A stretch of 62,717 nt of DNA, filler included, from a candidate division TA06 bacterium SM23_40 (GTDB lineage Bacteria > LJUI01 > SM1-40), in the NCBI GenBank assembly GCA_001303705.1. It is 6 parts of 6 records of this genome, joined end to end, with 100 filler letters (N's around TTAATTAATTAA, not from the genome) between each part and the next. Parts side by side here need not be neighbours in the genome. Positions count along the whole stretch, not along the records: positions 1 to 24,414 come from LJUI01000021.1; 5 more parts are not named here. One strand, written 5' to 3'. The notes below the pieces were generated by a model. The model did no database searches. It was not told the DNA's origin and was given only the letters and a program-made list of their open reading frames with translations. This document shows, one piece after another, positions 1-10,104 of the stretch (within the stretch, counting starts at the first letter, position 1; each line of letters starts with the position of its first letter). The translations under genes and the position numbers were made by a program.

Positions 1-1
1 T

Positions 2-556
2 CACACCGAGGCGGGTCTCTCCATCCGACCTGCCGGGTGGCTGGAGGCCGACGTCACCATGTTCCGCGACGCGGGCGAGGAGAGGATCGAGTTCGTCGCT
101 CCGCCTCCGCCGCCACCGCACTACGAGAATGTCGGTGACTTCACGACCCGGGGGGTCGAGGTGACGACCGCGCTGCGGCCGATACCGGCAATCAAAGCGT
201 TCGCCGGCGGCACGTACCTCGATTCGGAACCAGATGCGCTCCCGAATACGCCCGAGCTGACCATTAATGCAGGCGTGAGCCTCCAGCCCTTTAGCTGGTG
301 GATGCTTCATCTCGATTCCGAGTACGTCTCGGAGAACTACAAGAGCAACCCCCGATTCCCCGGGACCAGAGACAGGATCGACCCGTTCTTTCTCGTTAAC
401 GGCAAGATGTCGATCGATCTCCGCGGCCTGGGTCTCGGCGTTCCTGCGCAACTCTTCGTGGCGGGGGAGAACCTCACGGATACTGAGTATGAGCACAAGC
501 GCGGCTATCCCATGCCGGGCGTCTCGGGGATGGTCGGTCTTGAGCTCAACTACTGA
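2..556 (+). CDS. TonB-dependent receptor, C-terminal beta-barrel part (5'-truncated by window edge)
   Basis: The frame is open from position 2. It has alternating amphipathic beta-strands and the typical TBDR C-terminus (GENLTDTEY...GYPMPG...GLELNY, terminal aromatic residue). Confidence 0.85.
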   Translation, partial: HTEAGLSIRPAGWLEADVTMFRDAGEERIEFVAPPPPPPHYENVGDFTTRGVEVTTALRPIPAIKAFAGGTYLDSEPDALPNTPELTINAGVSLQPFSWWMLHLDSEYVSENYKSNPRFPGTRDRIDPFFLVNGKMSIDLRGLGLGVPAQLFVAGENLTDTEYEHKRGYPMPGVSGMVGLELNY

Positions 557-622
557 CGGGAGTGCAACCCAGGTAGGTCAAGGGCCGGGTGGCCTGGCGT
601 GCCCGGCCATTTCTATCCCCGC

Positions 623-832
623 TCAGCCACATGCCCCGTCTCGCCGGGTCCGCGACATGTCAATGCGGGGTCAGCTTGCTTCGGCCGAGGCACTCTCAGT
701 CCCGGGGGGCGACGCCAGCCAGGCGCATCAGCCACATGCCCCGTCTCGCCGGGTCCGCGACAGGTCACTGCGGGCTCAGCTTGGTTCGGCGGTGGCCCTC
801 TCAGTCCCGCGGGGCGACGCCAGTCAGGCGCA
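623..832. repeat. Two imperfect 105-bp tandem copies; the second overlaps the MFS 3' end
   Basis: 623-727 and 728-832 both start TCAGCCACATGCCCCGTCTCGCCGGGTCCGCGACA and end CAGGCGCA. Confidence 0.9.
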
Positions 833-2066
833 GCTGTGATGTCTTATACAGGGCGACGAGGGCGGTTGCTGCCGAGAGTACGAAGAGCACGTAGTAGGAT
901 GTCACGCTCACGATGAGGCCTCCCACCGCCGGGAAGATGAGCGAGGGAGCGATGAGCGTGTTCATGAGACCGAGATAGGTGGGGCGGGTGATGGGGGGAG
1001 CGATATCGAGGAGGACATTTGAATAACCGATCCGCGTCCCGCTCAGCGATGCCCCCATGAGGAAGAAGACGGGGAGGTACAGGGAACGGGGGACGGAGAC
1101 GCCCGCGAGGATGATCGGTATCACAGGCATGAGTATCGAGAAGACGGCGATCGACTTGAGGATGGCCCGGTTGCCCCACCTGTTGCTCATCGGCCCCCAC
1201 AGTGCATTGGAGACGATGAGGCCGAGCATCTGGACGGTAAGAAACAGCCCCGCCGATTCCTCGCTGAACCCCAACCTCTGGATGCCGAAGATGATATAGA
1301 ACGGCCCTGCCATCATAGCCACCCCGAGCAAGAGACGTGCTGCAAGCAGTGTCCGGAAGTCCGAATCATCCCGAAAGATCGCGATTCCTTCCCCGAGATA
1401 GGCGAGAAAGGTGCGCCGCTCCTGGCGCACTGGCTCGATCGGCTCGGCCGCGAACGAGAAGAGTGCCGTCCCCACTGCGACCGCGAAGACGCTGCACCAG
1501 AAGATGAGGGCATAGTTCGCCGGGAACGCATGGCGTGCGAGGAGATATCTCACCAGCAGTCCGGCGAGCGCCGCCGAGATCCCGCCGAGGAAGAGGCGCC
1601 ACGCCCACATCGTTCCGCGCTTCCGCGACGGTATCGCCTTGCCGATGATGTCGAAGAACGCGATGCCGGCCACACCGCCGGCGAGAGAATAGACGGAGAA
1701 GAAAAAGAAGAAGGCGATGAGTAGTAGGCCGGGAGTACGGTTGCCCACGAGGAGGGGAGCGGCTGCAAGGCCGACAAGAGAGAAGACCCTCACGAATGCC
1801 ATCTGGACATAGACAGGTTTCTTTCGGATGCGGTTCTCGATGAGGTGGCCGGCGAAGAGTTGCGGGAGGAACCAGCCGGTTGGTTCCAGCGATCCGGCAA
1901 GCCCGATGAGTATGGGCGAACGTGTGAGGTGGGAGACGAACGCCGGGAGCACAGTAGAGAGATTGAGGAAGGCGCTCGAGAGATTGAAGAAGACTCCGTT
2001 GCCGATTCCCAGGTAGTAGTTGCGGCGGAAGTGTTTTTGAGCGACCGGCGTCAATGATTCGAGCAT
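801..2066 (-). CDS. MFS transporter
   Basis: 421 aa with about 12 hydrophobic segments and an MFS-like loop motif (WGPMSNRWGNR). Confidence 0.85.
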   Translation of the reverse strand: MLESLTPVAQKHFRRNYYLGIGNGVFFNLSSAFLNLSTVLPAFVSHLTRSPILIGLAGSLEPTGWFLPQLFAGHLIENRIRKKPVYVQMAFVRVFSLVGLAAAPLLVGNRTPGLLLIAFFFFFSVYSLAGGVAGIAFFDIIGKAIPSRKRGTMWAWRLFLGGISAALAGLLVRYLLARHAFPANYALIFWCSVFAVAVGTALFSFAAEPIEPVRQERRTFLAYLGEGIAIFRDDSDFRTLLAARLLLGVAMMAGPFYIIFGIQRLGFSEESAGLFLTVQMLGLIVSNALWGPMSNRWGNRAILKSIAVFSILMPVIPIILAGVSVPRSLYLPVFFLMGASLSGTRIGYSNVLLDIAPPITRPTYLGLMNTLIAPSLIFPAVGGLIVSVTSYYVLFVLSAATALVALYKTSQLRLTGVAPRD

Positions 2067-2396
2067 CGTTCCTCGTCTAGTTGCAGTTCATACTCCGGTG
2101 TTGCACGCAGTATCGGCGGTGCGAGGTGAAGATGACGCAATCTCCTCGACGTGCCGGGTCAGGTACGGGCAGCGTCTGCGCCCTCTTCGGCCTCGGGCCA
2201 GGTCGTTCGCGGCATGCTCTGGTCGATACGCAGCCGAGTGTGCACAGGAGGCTCCCGGGAGGAGCCTCCTGGTTCTCGTTCACGATCGAGAGATCAGTTG
2301 AGGTATTGCCTCCACTGCTCGCGACAATGCAGCGAGCGGCGATGCGACGAAGGAAGTCCCCATGAACTCCGGGCGCTGGCACAGTTCCGGGCGCCC

Positions 2397-3329
2397 CTAT
2401 GACGTCGGGGTGCTCGGGGCGGCCCCTTCTCCTTCAGTGCCCCGGAGGAGCTCGCTGATGCCGGCGATGCTCCCCAGGACGCCCGATGCCTCGAGCGGAA
2501 GGAACACCTTCGTCGCCTTTCCGTCGGCGATCTTCGCCAGCGCTTCCAGATACTTGACGGCGAGCAGGTCGTTCGTCGGCCTTCCGTTGTGGATCGCCGA
2601 GAAGACACGTTCTATCGCCTGACCCTCACCCTCCGCCACGGTGAGGAGCTTGAACTTCTCCGCATCGGCCACCTTCTTGATCGCCTCAGCCTCACCCTCT
2701 GCGGTGAGGATCTTGGCCCTCTTCTCGCCCTCGGCTCGCTCGATGGCAGCCTGACGGTCACCCTCCGCATCGAGGATCTTGGCGCGGCGATCGCGCTCAG
2801 CCTTCATCTGCCGGTGCATGGCCTCGGTCACATCGACCGGAGGATCGATGCGCTGAATCTCGACCCTGCTGACGCGCGTGCCCCACTTATCTGTCGCATC
2901 ATCCATGATCGTACGCAGCTTGGCGTTGATCGACTCACGCGACGTCAGGGTCTCGTCAAGCGCCATATCTCCGACCACGTTACGGAGGTTGGTCTGGGCC
3001 AGCTTCACCGCCGCCGTATAGAAATCGACGACATTGTAGGTGACCTTGATCGGGTCGGTCACCTCGTAGTACACGACCGCATCGACCGTGACGACGACAT
3101 TATCCTTGGTGATCACCTCTTGGGGCGGAACGTCGACGACCGTCTCACGCATATCAACCTTGGTCATCCTCTCGATGATGGGCATGATCATCGTGAGCCC
3201 ACTGCTGGCAGTGCGCTGATACTTGCCGAGCCGCTCGATCAAGCCCTTCTCCCAGGGCCGGACGATACGAACGGCGCTCATGGCCAGGATGAAGATGACA
3301 ACGGCTACGATGATGAGCAGGATCAACAT
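2397..3329 (-). CDS. SPFH/band 7 (stomatin-like, QmcA-type) membrane protein
   Basis: N-terminal TM helix; [27 protein letters not shown] and [10 protein letters not shown] motifs; coiled-coil tail. Confidence 0.95.
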   Translation of the reverse strand: MLILLIIVAVVIFILAMSAVRIVRPWEKGLIERLGKYQRTASSGLTMIMPIIERMTKVDMRETVVDVPPQEVITKDNVVVTVDAVVYYEVTDPIKVTYNVVDFYTAAVKLAQTNLRNVVGDMALDETLTSRESINAKLRTIMDDATDKWGTRVSRVEIQRIDPPVDVTEAMHRQMKAERDRRAKILDAEGDRQAAIERAEGEKRAKILTAEGEAEAIKKVADAEKFKLLTVAEGEGQAIERVFSAIHNGRPTNDLLAVKYLEALAKIADGKATKVFLPLEASGVLGSIAGISELLRGTEGEGAAPSTPTS

Positions 3330-3776
3330 CTATGTGACCTCCTCAGTTGGTTTGACGACGAGGTGTGTTCCTTCTATCCGGACGACGGTAACCTTCGTGC
3401 CGACCGGGATGTTACCCTCGCTCTCGCTCGTGGCGCGCCACTCGTCTTTCTCCACGCGCACGCGGCCCGCGTCCTTGAGCGGATCGATCGACTCGATGAC
3501 GACACCGTTCTTCCCGATAGCCCGCTCGGCGCCAATGCCAGGAGGCGGCGGCGATGTGACTCGATCGGCGAACCGGCGGGAGAGGAGGACCAGGATCGCA
3601 GACAGAAAGACGAAGGCCGCCCACTGCCACCCGGGTCCCAGACCAAACAGCGCGGCGAGCGCTGCTGCCGCCGCCCCGATTCCGAACCAGAGGAGAAAGA
3701 AGCCGGTTGTGACTATCTCCCCGAGGATGAAGGCTGCAGCGAGGATCGCCCAGATCCACCAGAGACGAGGGTCCAT
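3330..3776 (-). CDS. NfeD-family protein (short YbbJ-type SPFH partner)
   Basis: N-terminal TM helices plus an OB-fold (GRVRVEKDEWRA...GTKVTVVRIEGTHLVV); it abuts the SPFH gene. Confidence 0.9.
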   Translation of the reverse strand: MDPRLWWIWAILAAAFILGEIVTTGFFLLWFGIGAAAAALAALFGLGPGWQWAAFVFLSAILVLLSRRFADRVTSPPPPGIGAERAIGKNGVVIESIDPLKDAGRVRVEKDEWRATSESEGNIPVGTKVTVVRIEGTHLVVKPTEEVT

Positions 3777-3998
3777 TGCTGTATTTGACCTCCTGTTGAG
3801 GCGATAGATCGATCGGCATGCCGCGCCGTAATCAGGTCGGGAGACCGCCCTCCTCGGCGCGGCGCCTCGCCATGTGCGCCGCGCAAATGGAGGAGACCGT
3901 CGGGCCCCGGGCCAACTGGACGCGGCAGGCCCCGGCGCATCGCGCGGGATCCGCCCGATGGGCTCGATCGCGATTCGTGACTGGTTCAGGCCTGAGCC

Positions 3999-4027
3999 AC
4001 ACTAGCACAGCGGGGTAGGGTTGTCAA
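3999..4027 (-). promoter_or_regulatory. Putative sigma70 promoter for nfeD-SPFH
   Basis: Minus strand reads TTGACA-N17-TAGTGT. Confidence 0.5.
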
Positions 4028-4099
4028 CGACCCTCCCGTAACTCCATACGCCTGATACCGATCGAATGTTCCCTGCCGACTCACAGGGGAAGTTTCCGA

Positions 4100-4128
4100 T
4101 TGACTATTCGTCTCTCAGTTGATACACT
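4100..4128 (+). promoter_or_regulatory. Putative sigma70 promoter for the ecfT-truA operon
   Basis: TTGACT-N17-TACACT, about 100 nt upstream of ecfT and divergent from the 3999-4027 promoter. Confidence 0.55.
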
Positions 4129-4230
4129 CATGGAAGGTACGTTACGATTACGACGCACTGAACGCCAATAGGGCGCGCAGGACATGAGGAGGACGCGTAC
4201 AGGGGCTGGAGTGTATCGAGAGAGGGCCGG

Positions 4231-5040
4231 ATGTGGCAGGGAAGCGACATCGCACTGGGGCGGTACGTGGCGGCCGACTCGGCCGTGCATCGCCTCGATC
4301 CCAGGACCAAGCTGGCGAGCTGCGTACTCCTGCTTGTCGCCATCCTGCTCGCTCACCACATAGTGGAGCTCCTCGCCGCGATCCTGCTGCTGGTGGCCGT
4401 CACGATGGCGGCGAAACTGCCGCCGAGGCTGGTGTGGCGAAACCTCCGACTCTTCCTCTGGCTCCTCATCATCACGCTCATTCTTCATCTCTTCTTCACT
4501 CCGGGAAGACCGATCATCGAGATCCCCGGAGTCGGGTGGCAAGTGACGTGGGAGGGCGTCGGGCGAGGTATCTTCTACGTGGTGAGACTCGGGCTCGTCA
4601 TCACCATGGCAGCTCTGCTGACGCTGACGACCTCGCCCCTCGAGCTCACGGACGGTATCGAGCGGCTGATCCGTCCGCTGCGCCGCCTCCGTGTGCCGAC
4701 GTCCGAGCTGGCGATGATGCTGGCGATCGCCCTCCGGTTCGTGCCCACGCTGTTCGCTGAGGGGCGGCGGATACGGATGGCGCAGTTGGCCCGCGGCGCG
4801 AGGCTCGAGGGCAACCTGATGGTGCGGCTCAGGGGCGTCGTAGCTCTGGCTGCTCCGCTGCTCATCAGCTCGTTTCGGAGGGCGGATGAACTCGCGCTTG
4901 CGCTGGAGGCGCGGTGCTATCGCGGCGGCCAAACCCGTACCCAACTCATCGAACTTCGCCTGCGCGAAGCCGACTACGTCGTGCTGGCCGCAGCCGGGGC
5001 AGCCTGCGTCGCCGCCGGGATAGCCAGATGGAGTCTATAG
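4231..5040 (+). CDS. ecfT: Energy-coupling factor transporter transmembrane component T
   Basis: HRLDPRTKL, IALRFVPTL and the two conserved AQLARG / ALEARCY motifs. Confidence 0.93.
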   Translation: MWQGSDIALGRYVAADSAVHRLDPRTKLASCVLLLVAILLAHHIVELLAAILLLVAVTMAAKLPPRLVWRNLRLFLWLLIITLILHLFFTPGRPIIEIPGVGWQVTWEGVGRGIFYVVRLGLVITMAALLTLTTSPLELTDGIERLIRPLRRLRVPTSELAMMLAIALRFVPTLFAEGRRIRMAQLARGARLEGNLMVRLRGVVALAAPLLISSFRRADELALALEARCYRGGQTRTQLIELRLREADYVVLAAAGAACVAAGIARWSL

Positions 5041-5057
5041 GGTTCATCTCCTGAATC

Positions 5058-5786
5058 GTGAGAAACATCAAGCTGACGATCGAGTTCGATGGCAGCGGAT
5101 TCCACGGTTGGCAGATCCAGGGGGAACTCCCGACCGTTCAGGGCGCGCTGGAGGACGCTATCGCGCGCCTCACCGGAGAACGCATCCGCGTCATCGGTGC
5201 TGGGCGTACCGATGCGGGCGTCCATGCCCTGGGGCAGGTCGCCAATTTCCATACCCGATCGAAGCTCGACGTCTCACAGATCGGGGCAGCACTCAATGGG
5301 ATCTTGCCGCGCTCGGTATACGTCCATGAGGCAATCGAGGTGGCCCTGGACTTCAATGCGCGGTTCGCTGCCAGGACCAGACGGTACCGGTATCGGCTGC
5401 TGAGGGGCCGCTCACCCATGCGCAGGAAGTGGGCGTGGGAAGTGCCGTTCGTCTTCGATCCGCAGCCCATCCGGGACGCGCTTAGAACGCTCGAGGGCAG
5501 GCACGACTTCACATCGTTCACCCTGCACGCGCTGGAGCAGCACGGGCGCGTGGCGACAATCCTCGATCTACTCTGGCAGGACGGGCCAGACGAGTGCGTT
5601 CTGGAGATCGAAGCCGATCGCTTTCTGCGCGGCATGGTCCGCAGCATCGTCGGCACACTCGTCCAGATCGGACGCGGCAAGCTCGCCGTCGAAGACCTCG
5701 AGCGGATCCTGGAAGCGAGAGACAGACAGGAGGCCGGCCCCACCGCCCCTGCCCACGGCCTCTGCCTCCTCTCCGTCTCCTACTAA
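5058..5786 (+). CDS. truA: tRNA pseudouridine(38-40) synthase
   Basis: FHGWQIQ, GAGRTDAGVHA, FLRGMVRSIVG and TAPAHGL motifs; GTG start. Confidence 0.97.
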   Translation: MRNIKLTIEFDGSGFHGWQIQGELPTVQGALEDAIARLTGERIRVIGAGRTDAGVHALGQVANFHTRSKLDVSQIGAALNGILPRSVYVHEAIEVALDFNARFAARTRRYRYRLLRGRSPMRRKWAWEVPFVFDPQPIRDALRTLEGRHDFTSFTLHALEQHGRVATILDLLWQDGPDECVLEIEADRFLRGMVRSIVGTLVQIGRGKLAVEDLERILEARDRQEAGPTAPAHGLCLLSVSY

Positions 5787-5800
5787 CCGGGCACGCCAAC

Positions 5801-5939
5801 CGGGGACGTTGGTAGGTTCAGAAGGTTATGGCGGGGACGTTGGTAGGTTCAGAAGGTTATGGCCGGGGACGTACCCAGGTTTTGAAGGTTATTCCCCGGA
5901 GCGACGCAGGCGGGGACGTCGGCAGGTTGGGAACGTCTT
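5801..5939 (+). repeat. 28-bp dispersed repeat, cluster A (4 copies)
   Basis: 5802 and 5833 are GGGGACGTTGGTAGGTTCAGAAGGTTAT; 5865 is GGGGACGTACCCAGGTTTTGAAGGTTAT; 5912 is degenerate. Confidence 0.92.
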
Positions 5940-6040
5940 CTAGAGAAGGATGAAGTGGCCCGGGGCGCCGCGGCCGGAACGAGCGCACTGTGACATGGCC
6001 CGGGTCGGCGTCATGAGGCCAGTTCTGAGGGAGGGTTTGG

Positions 6041-6685
6041 ATGAAGATATTCATCGACACTGCCAATGTCGAGGAGATCCGAGAGGCTGCCAGCCTCGGA
6101 GTCCTCGATGGGGTGACAACCAATCCGACGCTCCTGTCAAAAGAGCAGGGAAGCTTTCGCGACATCCTAAAGCAGATTTGTGAGATCGTTGACGGTCCGG
6201 TGAGTGCGGAGGTGGTCGCATCCGATGCTGAGGGGATGGTCGCCGAAGCTCGTGAGTTATCCGCCATCCACAGCAACATCGTCATCAAGGTGCCGATGTC
6301 GAAGGAAGGGATGAAGGCAGTCCACCGCCTCAAGCAGGAGGGGATCCGCTGCAATATGACGCTGGTCTTCTCTCCCAATCAGGCGCTGCTCGCCGCCAAG
6401 GCGGGGGCTGCATTCGTCAGTCCTTTCGTCGGCCGTCTCGATGACATCAGCCACATCGGTATGGAGATCGTCGATCAGATCGTCGAGATCTTCAGCATCT
6501 ACGACATCGAGACACAGGTAATCGTCGCCAGCATCAGGAATCCCCTCCACGTCATCGATGCCGCGCTCACAGGCGCCGATGCTGCCACGATTCCGTTCAA
6601 GGTGATCGAGCAGATGGTGAAGCACCCGCTGACGACGATCGGGATCGAGCGATTTCTCGCCGACTGGCAGAAGGTGAGACAGTAG
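6041..6685 (+). CDS. fsa: Transaldolase / fructose-6-phosphate aldolase (short TalC/Fsa type)
   Basis: [24 protein letters not shown] (Schiff-base Lys) and SPFVGRLDD motifs. Confidence 0.93.
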   Translation: MKIFIDTANVEEIREAASLGVLDGVTTNPTLLSKEQGSFRDILKQICEIVDGPVSAEVVASDAEGMVAEARELSAIHSNIVIKVPMSKEGMKAVHRLKQEGIRCNMTLVFSPNQALLAAKAGAAFVSPFVGRLDDISHIGMEIVDQIVEIFSIYDIETQVIVASIRNPLHVIDAALTGADAATIPFKVIEQMVKHPLTTIGIERFLADWQKVRQ

Positions 6686-6768
6686 GAGTTGAGCGCTATG
6701 GGGACGATGGTCGGCTGGCTCGAACAGTGGAGACGAAGAAACGGGCGAGCATCGAATCGTTGTGAGGA

Positions 6769-8016
6769 ATGATCGTGAAGGGACTGTACACAATAGGGAT
6801 TTTCCTGCTGGGAATAGCGTTTGGACTTGCCGGCGTCGGTGTGATGAGCATCCTCGGGCATCAGTCGACGTTTCCCGTCCTCGGCGCTTCTGCCCTCGGG
6901 CAGGTTCCCCCTGAGTCCGGAGCGGAGGCGGATGAGGGGGGCGCCGCGGCGGCAGTCGAAGGCATCGACGACATCACCGCATCGAGGGTCAATGCCATCG
7001 TGCGCGCCGCCCGGGAGGTCGGGCCCGCGGTGGTCTCGATCAGCGTGATCCAGACCCGTATTTACACCGTATCTCCGTTCACGGGTCCATTTAGGGATCC
7101 GTACTTCGATCAACTCTGGCGTGACCTGTTCCCTCCCCGGCGGTATCGGGAACAGATCACAAGCCAGGGCTCGGGCGTCATCATCGACTCGGATGGGCAT
7201 GTCCTGACCAACGACCATGTGGTGCACGGGGCTGAGGAGATCAAGGTGACGCTCGCCGATGGAAGGGTCTTCGACGGAGAGCTGATCGGGACCGACCCCT
7301 ACCTCGATCTGGCGTTGGTGAAGATTCAGAGCGAGGACATTCCGCACGCCCGGCTGGGAGACTCGGAGAGATTGATCATCGGCGAGTGGGCGATTGCCAT
7401 CGGCAACCCGTTCGCCTACTTCCTCGAGGATACCCAGCCGACGGTCACAGTCGGGGTGATCAGCGCCCTGCACCGGGCCATCAAGTCATCCGGCCGGAGC
7501 CGGGAACCCCAGATCTATGCGGATATGATCCAGACCGACGCCGCCATCAATCCCGGGAACTCCGGCGGCCCGCTTGTGAATGCAGCAGGAGAAGTGATCG
7601 GCATCAACACGTTCATCTTCACGGCTGGCGGCGGATCTGAGGGGGTGGGGTTTGCCAGGCCGATCAATGCCGCGAAGAAGATCCTGGGGGAGCTGAAAGA
7701 GTATGGTCGTGTGCGCGTGGCCTGGCTCGGCATCCGCGTTCAAGAGCTGACCCCGCTGCTGGCGGAGTCGCTCGAGATCGATAACCTCGATGGGCTTCTG
7801 GTCGCGAACATCGAGCAGGGGAGCCCCGCCGAGGGCGCTGGAGTGAGGCGAGGCGATATCATACGGACGATCGATGGCGAGCCCGTCGCCTCATTCACCG
7901 ACTGGCAGGTGGCTCTCCTCACTGTGCGCGTCGGGGACACGGTCGATCTTGCGCTTGAGCGCGACGGTCGGGGGCGCGTGGCGAGTATCAAGGCGGCTGA
8001 GTTCAAAGGAGACTAG
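6769..8016 (+). CDS. HtrA/DegP-family serine protease with one PDZ domain
   Basis: N-terminal hydrophobic anchor; catalytic triad motifs TNDHVV, DLALVK and INPGNSGG; C-terminal PDZ. Confidence 0.93.
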   Translation: MIVKGLYTIGIFLLGIAFGLAGVGVMSILGHQSTFPVLGASALGQVPPESGAEADEGGAAAAVEGIDDITASRVNAIVRAAREVGPAVVSISVIQTRIYTVSPFTGPFRDPYFDQLWRDLFPPRRYREQITSQGSGVIIDSDGHVLTNDHVVHGAEEIKVTLADGRVFDGELIGTDPYLDLALVKIQSEDIPHARLGDSERLIIGEWAIAIGNPFAYFLEDTQPTVTVGVISALHRAIKSSGRSREPQIYADMIQTDAAINPGNSGGPLVNAAGEVIGINTFIFTAGGGSEGVGFARPINAAKKILGELKEYGRVRVAWLGIRVQELTPLLAESLEIDNLDGLLVANIEQGSPAEGAGVRRGDIIRTIDGEPVASFTDWQVALLTVRVGDTVDLALERDGRGRVASIKAAEFKGD

Positions 8017-8023
8017 GTGCGCC

Positions 8024-9325
8024 ATGATCGAACGGTACACACTTCCCCGCATGGGATACATCTGGAGCGAGGAGAACAAGCTGGCGACGTGGCTCGAGGT
8101 CGAGCTGCTCGTCGCCGAGGCCGAGGCTGAGGCCGGAATCATCCCCAGAGATGCGGCCGAGACGATGCGTGCCAAAGCCGCATTCGACATCGATCGCGTC
8201 AAGAAGATCGAGGAGCGGGTGAGGCACGATGTGGCGGCCTTCGTCACCGACGTCGCGGAGACCATCGGCCCCGTAGGTCGATACCTCCATTTCGGTCTGA
8301 CCTCCTCCGATGTGCTCGATACCGCAGGTGCGGTTCTGATGCGGGACGCGGGTAAGGAGATCGAGTCCGATCTGTCGGAACTTCTGGCAGCGCTCGAGGA
8401 GAAGGCACGCGCTCACCGGGACACACTCATCGTCGGGCGCACACACGGCGTCCACGCCGAGCCGACGAGTCTGGGGCTCAAATTCCTGCTCTGGTATGAT
8501 GAGACGAAGAGGAACCGTCAGCGCATGGCGGCCGCGGTTGAGCGGATCTCGTACGGCAAGATCTCGGGGGCGGTGGGAAACTTCGCTCATCTCGACCCGG
8601 GGATCGAGGAGTCCGTCTGCGCGCGGCTGGGCCTGAAGCCGGCCCCGGTATCGAGCCAGGTCGTGCAGCGTGACCGCCACGCCGAATACATGACGACGCT
8701 TGCTATCATTGCCTCGACCTGCGAAAAGATCGCAACAGAGATCCGGAACCTTCACCGCACCGAGATCGGCGAACTGGAAGAGGGATTCACCACGGGGCAA
8801 AAGGGGTCCTCCTCGATGCCCCACAAGCGGAATCCCATTGTGAGCGAACGGATCGCCGGGCTTGCGCGCGTCGTGCGGGGGAATGCGCTGGCCGCCCTCG
8901 AGAACGTCGCGCTGTGGCATGAGCGCGACATCACCCACTCATCCGTCGAGCGGGTGATCATACCGGACAGCACCATCCTCGTCGACTATGTGCTTCACAA
9001 GCTCGTGGATGTCATCCGAAATCTCGTCGTGCGCCCCGACCGCATGCGAAAAAATCTCGAGCTGACAGACGGGTACATCTGCTCTCAGAAGATACTGCTC
9101 GGCCTCATTGCAAAAGGCGTTTCGCGTGAGGAGGCGTATCGGCTCGTCCAGGGCGCTGCATTTCGCGGGCGCGAAGAAGAGAAGGATTTCCGGTCACTCG
9201 TCGAGAGCGATTCCGATATAGGACAACACCTGTCGCAGGAAGAGATCGCTGAATGCTTTCGTCTCGACGGGTATCTCAAGAACGTCGGCCACATCTATGA
9301 ACGGGTCCTCGGCAAGCATCGGTAG
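8024..9325 (+). CDS. purB: Adenylosuccinate lyase
   Basis: Start placed at ATG 8024 (MIERY); [18 protein letters not shown] and [11 protein letters not shown] signatures. Confidence 0.96.
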   Translation: MIERYTLPRMGYIWSEENKLATWLEVELLVAEAEAEAGIIPRDAAETMRAKAAFDIDRVKKIEERVRHDVAAFVTDVAETIGPVGRYLHFGLTSSDVLDTAGAVLMRDAGKEIESDLSELLAALEEKARAHRDTLIVGRTHGVHAEPTSLGLKFLLWYDETKRNRQRMAAAVERISYGKISGAVGNFAHLDPGIEESVCARLGLKPAPVSSQVVQRDRHAEYMTTLAIIASTCEKIATEIRNLHRTEIGELEEGFTTGQKGSSSMPHKRNPIVSERIAGLARVVRGNALAALENVALWHERDITHSSVERVIIPDSTILVDYVLHKLVDVIRNLVVRPDRMRKNLELTDGYICSQKILLGLIAKGVSREEAYRLVQGAAFRGREEEKDFRSLVESDSDIGQHLSQEEIAECFRLDGYLKNVGHIYERVLGKHR

Positions 9326-9387
9326 CCACCGGCCGTAGCCTGCCGAGGTCAGAACGAACAGAAATCCGCAGCGATGCGAGGGATTCG

Positions 9388-10092
9388 ATGACGAAGGGCG
9401 AGAGGTTATACGAGGGCAAAGCGAAGATCCTGTACGCAACGGACGATCCGGATCTCGTGATCCAGGAGTTCAAGGACGATGCGACCGCGTTCAACGCCAA
9501 GAAGCGCGGCCAGATCGCCGGCAAAGGGCGGTGCAATAACGAGATTTCGACGATCCTCTTCAGACACCTCGAATCGGAGGGAGTGGCGACGCACTTCGTT
9601 CGTCGCCTGAGCGAGCGCGAGATGCTTGTGAAGAAGGTGGAAATCATTCCGATTGAGGTGACGGTGAGGAACGTTGCTGCCGGCGGCATCTCGAAGCGTC
9701 TGGGAATCGCGGAGGGTGTGGTCTTCGCCGAGCCGGTGGTGGAGTACCACCTCAAAGACGACGCGCTCGGAGATCCGCTCATCAACGATGAACACATTCG
9801 TGTCCTCAACCTGGCGCCGCCCTCCGAGGTCGAGCTTCTGAGGAGCCTTGCGCTCGAGGTCAACCGGATACTGAGCGCCTTCTTCCTCGACCGCGGACTG
9901 CGCCTCATCGACTTCAAGCTCGAGTTCGGGCGGCATCGAGATGAGATCCTCCTGGCGGATGAGATCTCGCCCGACACGTGCCGCTTGTGGGACGCAGAGA
10001 GCGGTGAACGCCTGGACAAAGATCGGTTCCGCCGTGACCTGGGGCAGGTTGAGGAGGCCTACCTCGAGGTACTGCGCAGGGCATCACCCTAG
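9388..10092 (+). CDS. purC: SAICAR synthetase
   Basis: [37 protein letters not shown] and LDKDRFR motifs. Confidence 0.97.
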   Translation: MTKGERLYEGKAKILYATDDPDLVIQEFKDDATAFNAKKRGQIAGKGRCNNEISTILFRHLESEGVATHFVRRLSEREMLVKKVEIIPIEVTVRNVAAGGISKRLGIAEGVVFAEPVVEYHLKDDALGDPLINDEHIRVLNLAPPSEVELLRSLALEVNRILSAFFLDRGLRLIDFKLEFGRHRDEILLADEISPDTCRLWDAESGERLDKDRFRRDLGQVEEAYLEVLRRASP

Positions 10093-10104
10093 GGAGAGGG
10101 ATCG

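Noticed and set aside
2589-3788. Long antisense or alternate-frame ORFs (also 14333-15646, 34215-35339, 36029-37483, 39115-40224)
   Set aside because: These are shadow ORFs of well-supported genes in high-GC DNA, with no recognisable motifs.
5801-5939. 28-bp repeat clusters as CRISPR arrays
   Set aside because: Gaps between copies are irregular (3 to about 75 nt) and often duplicated, two repeat subtypes are mixed, clusters are scattered after stop codons, and no cas genes or leader are visible.
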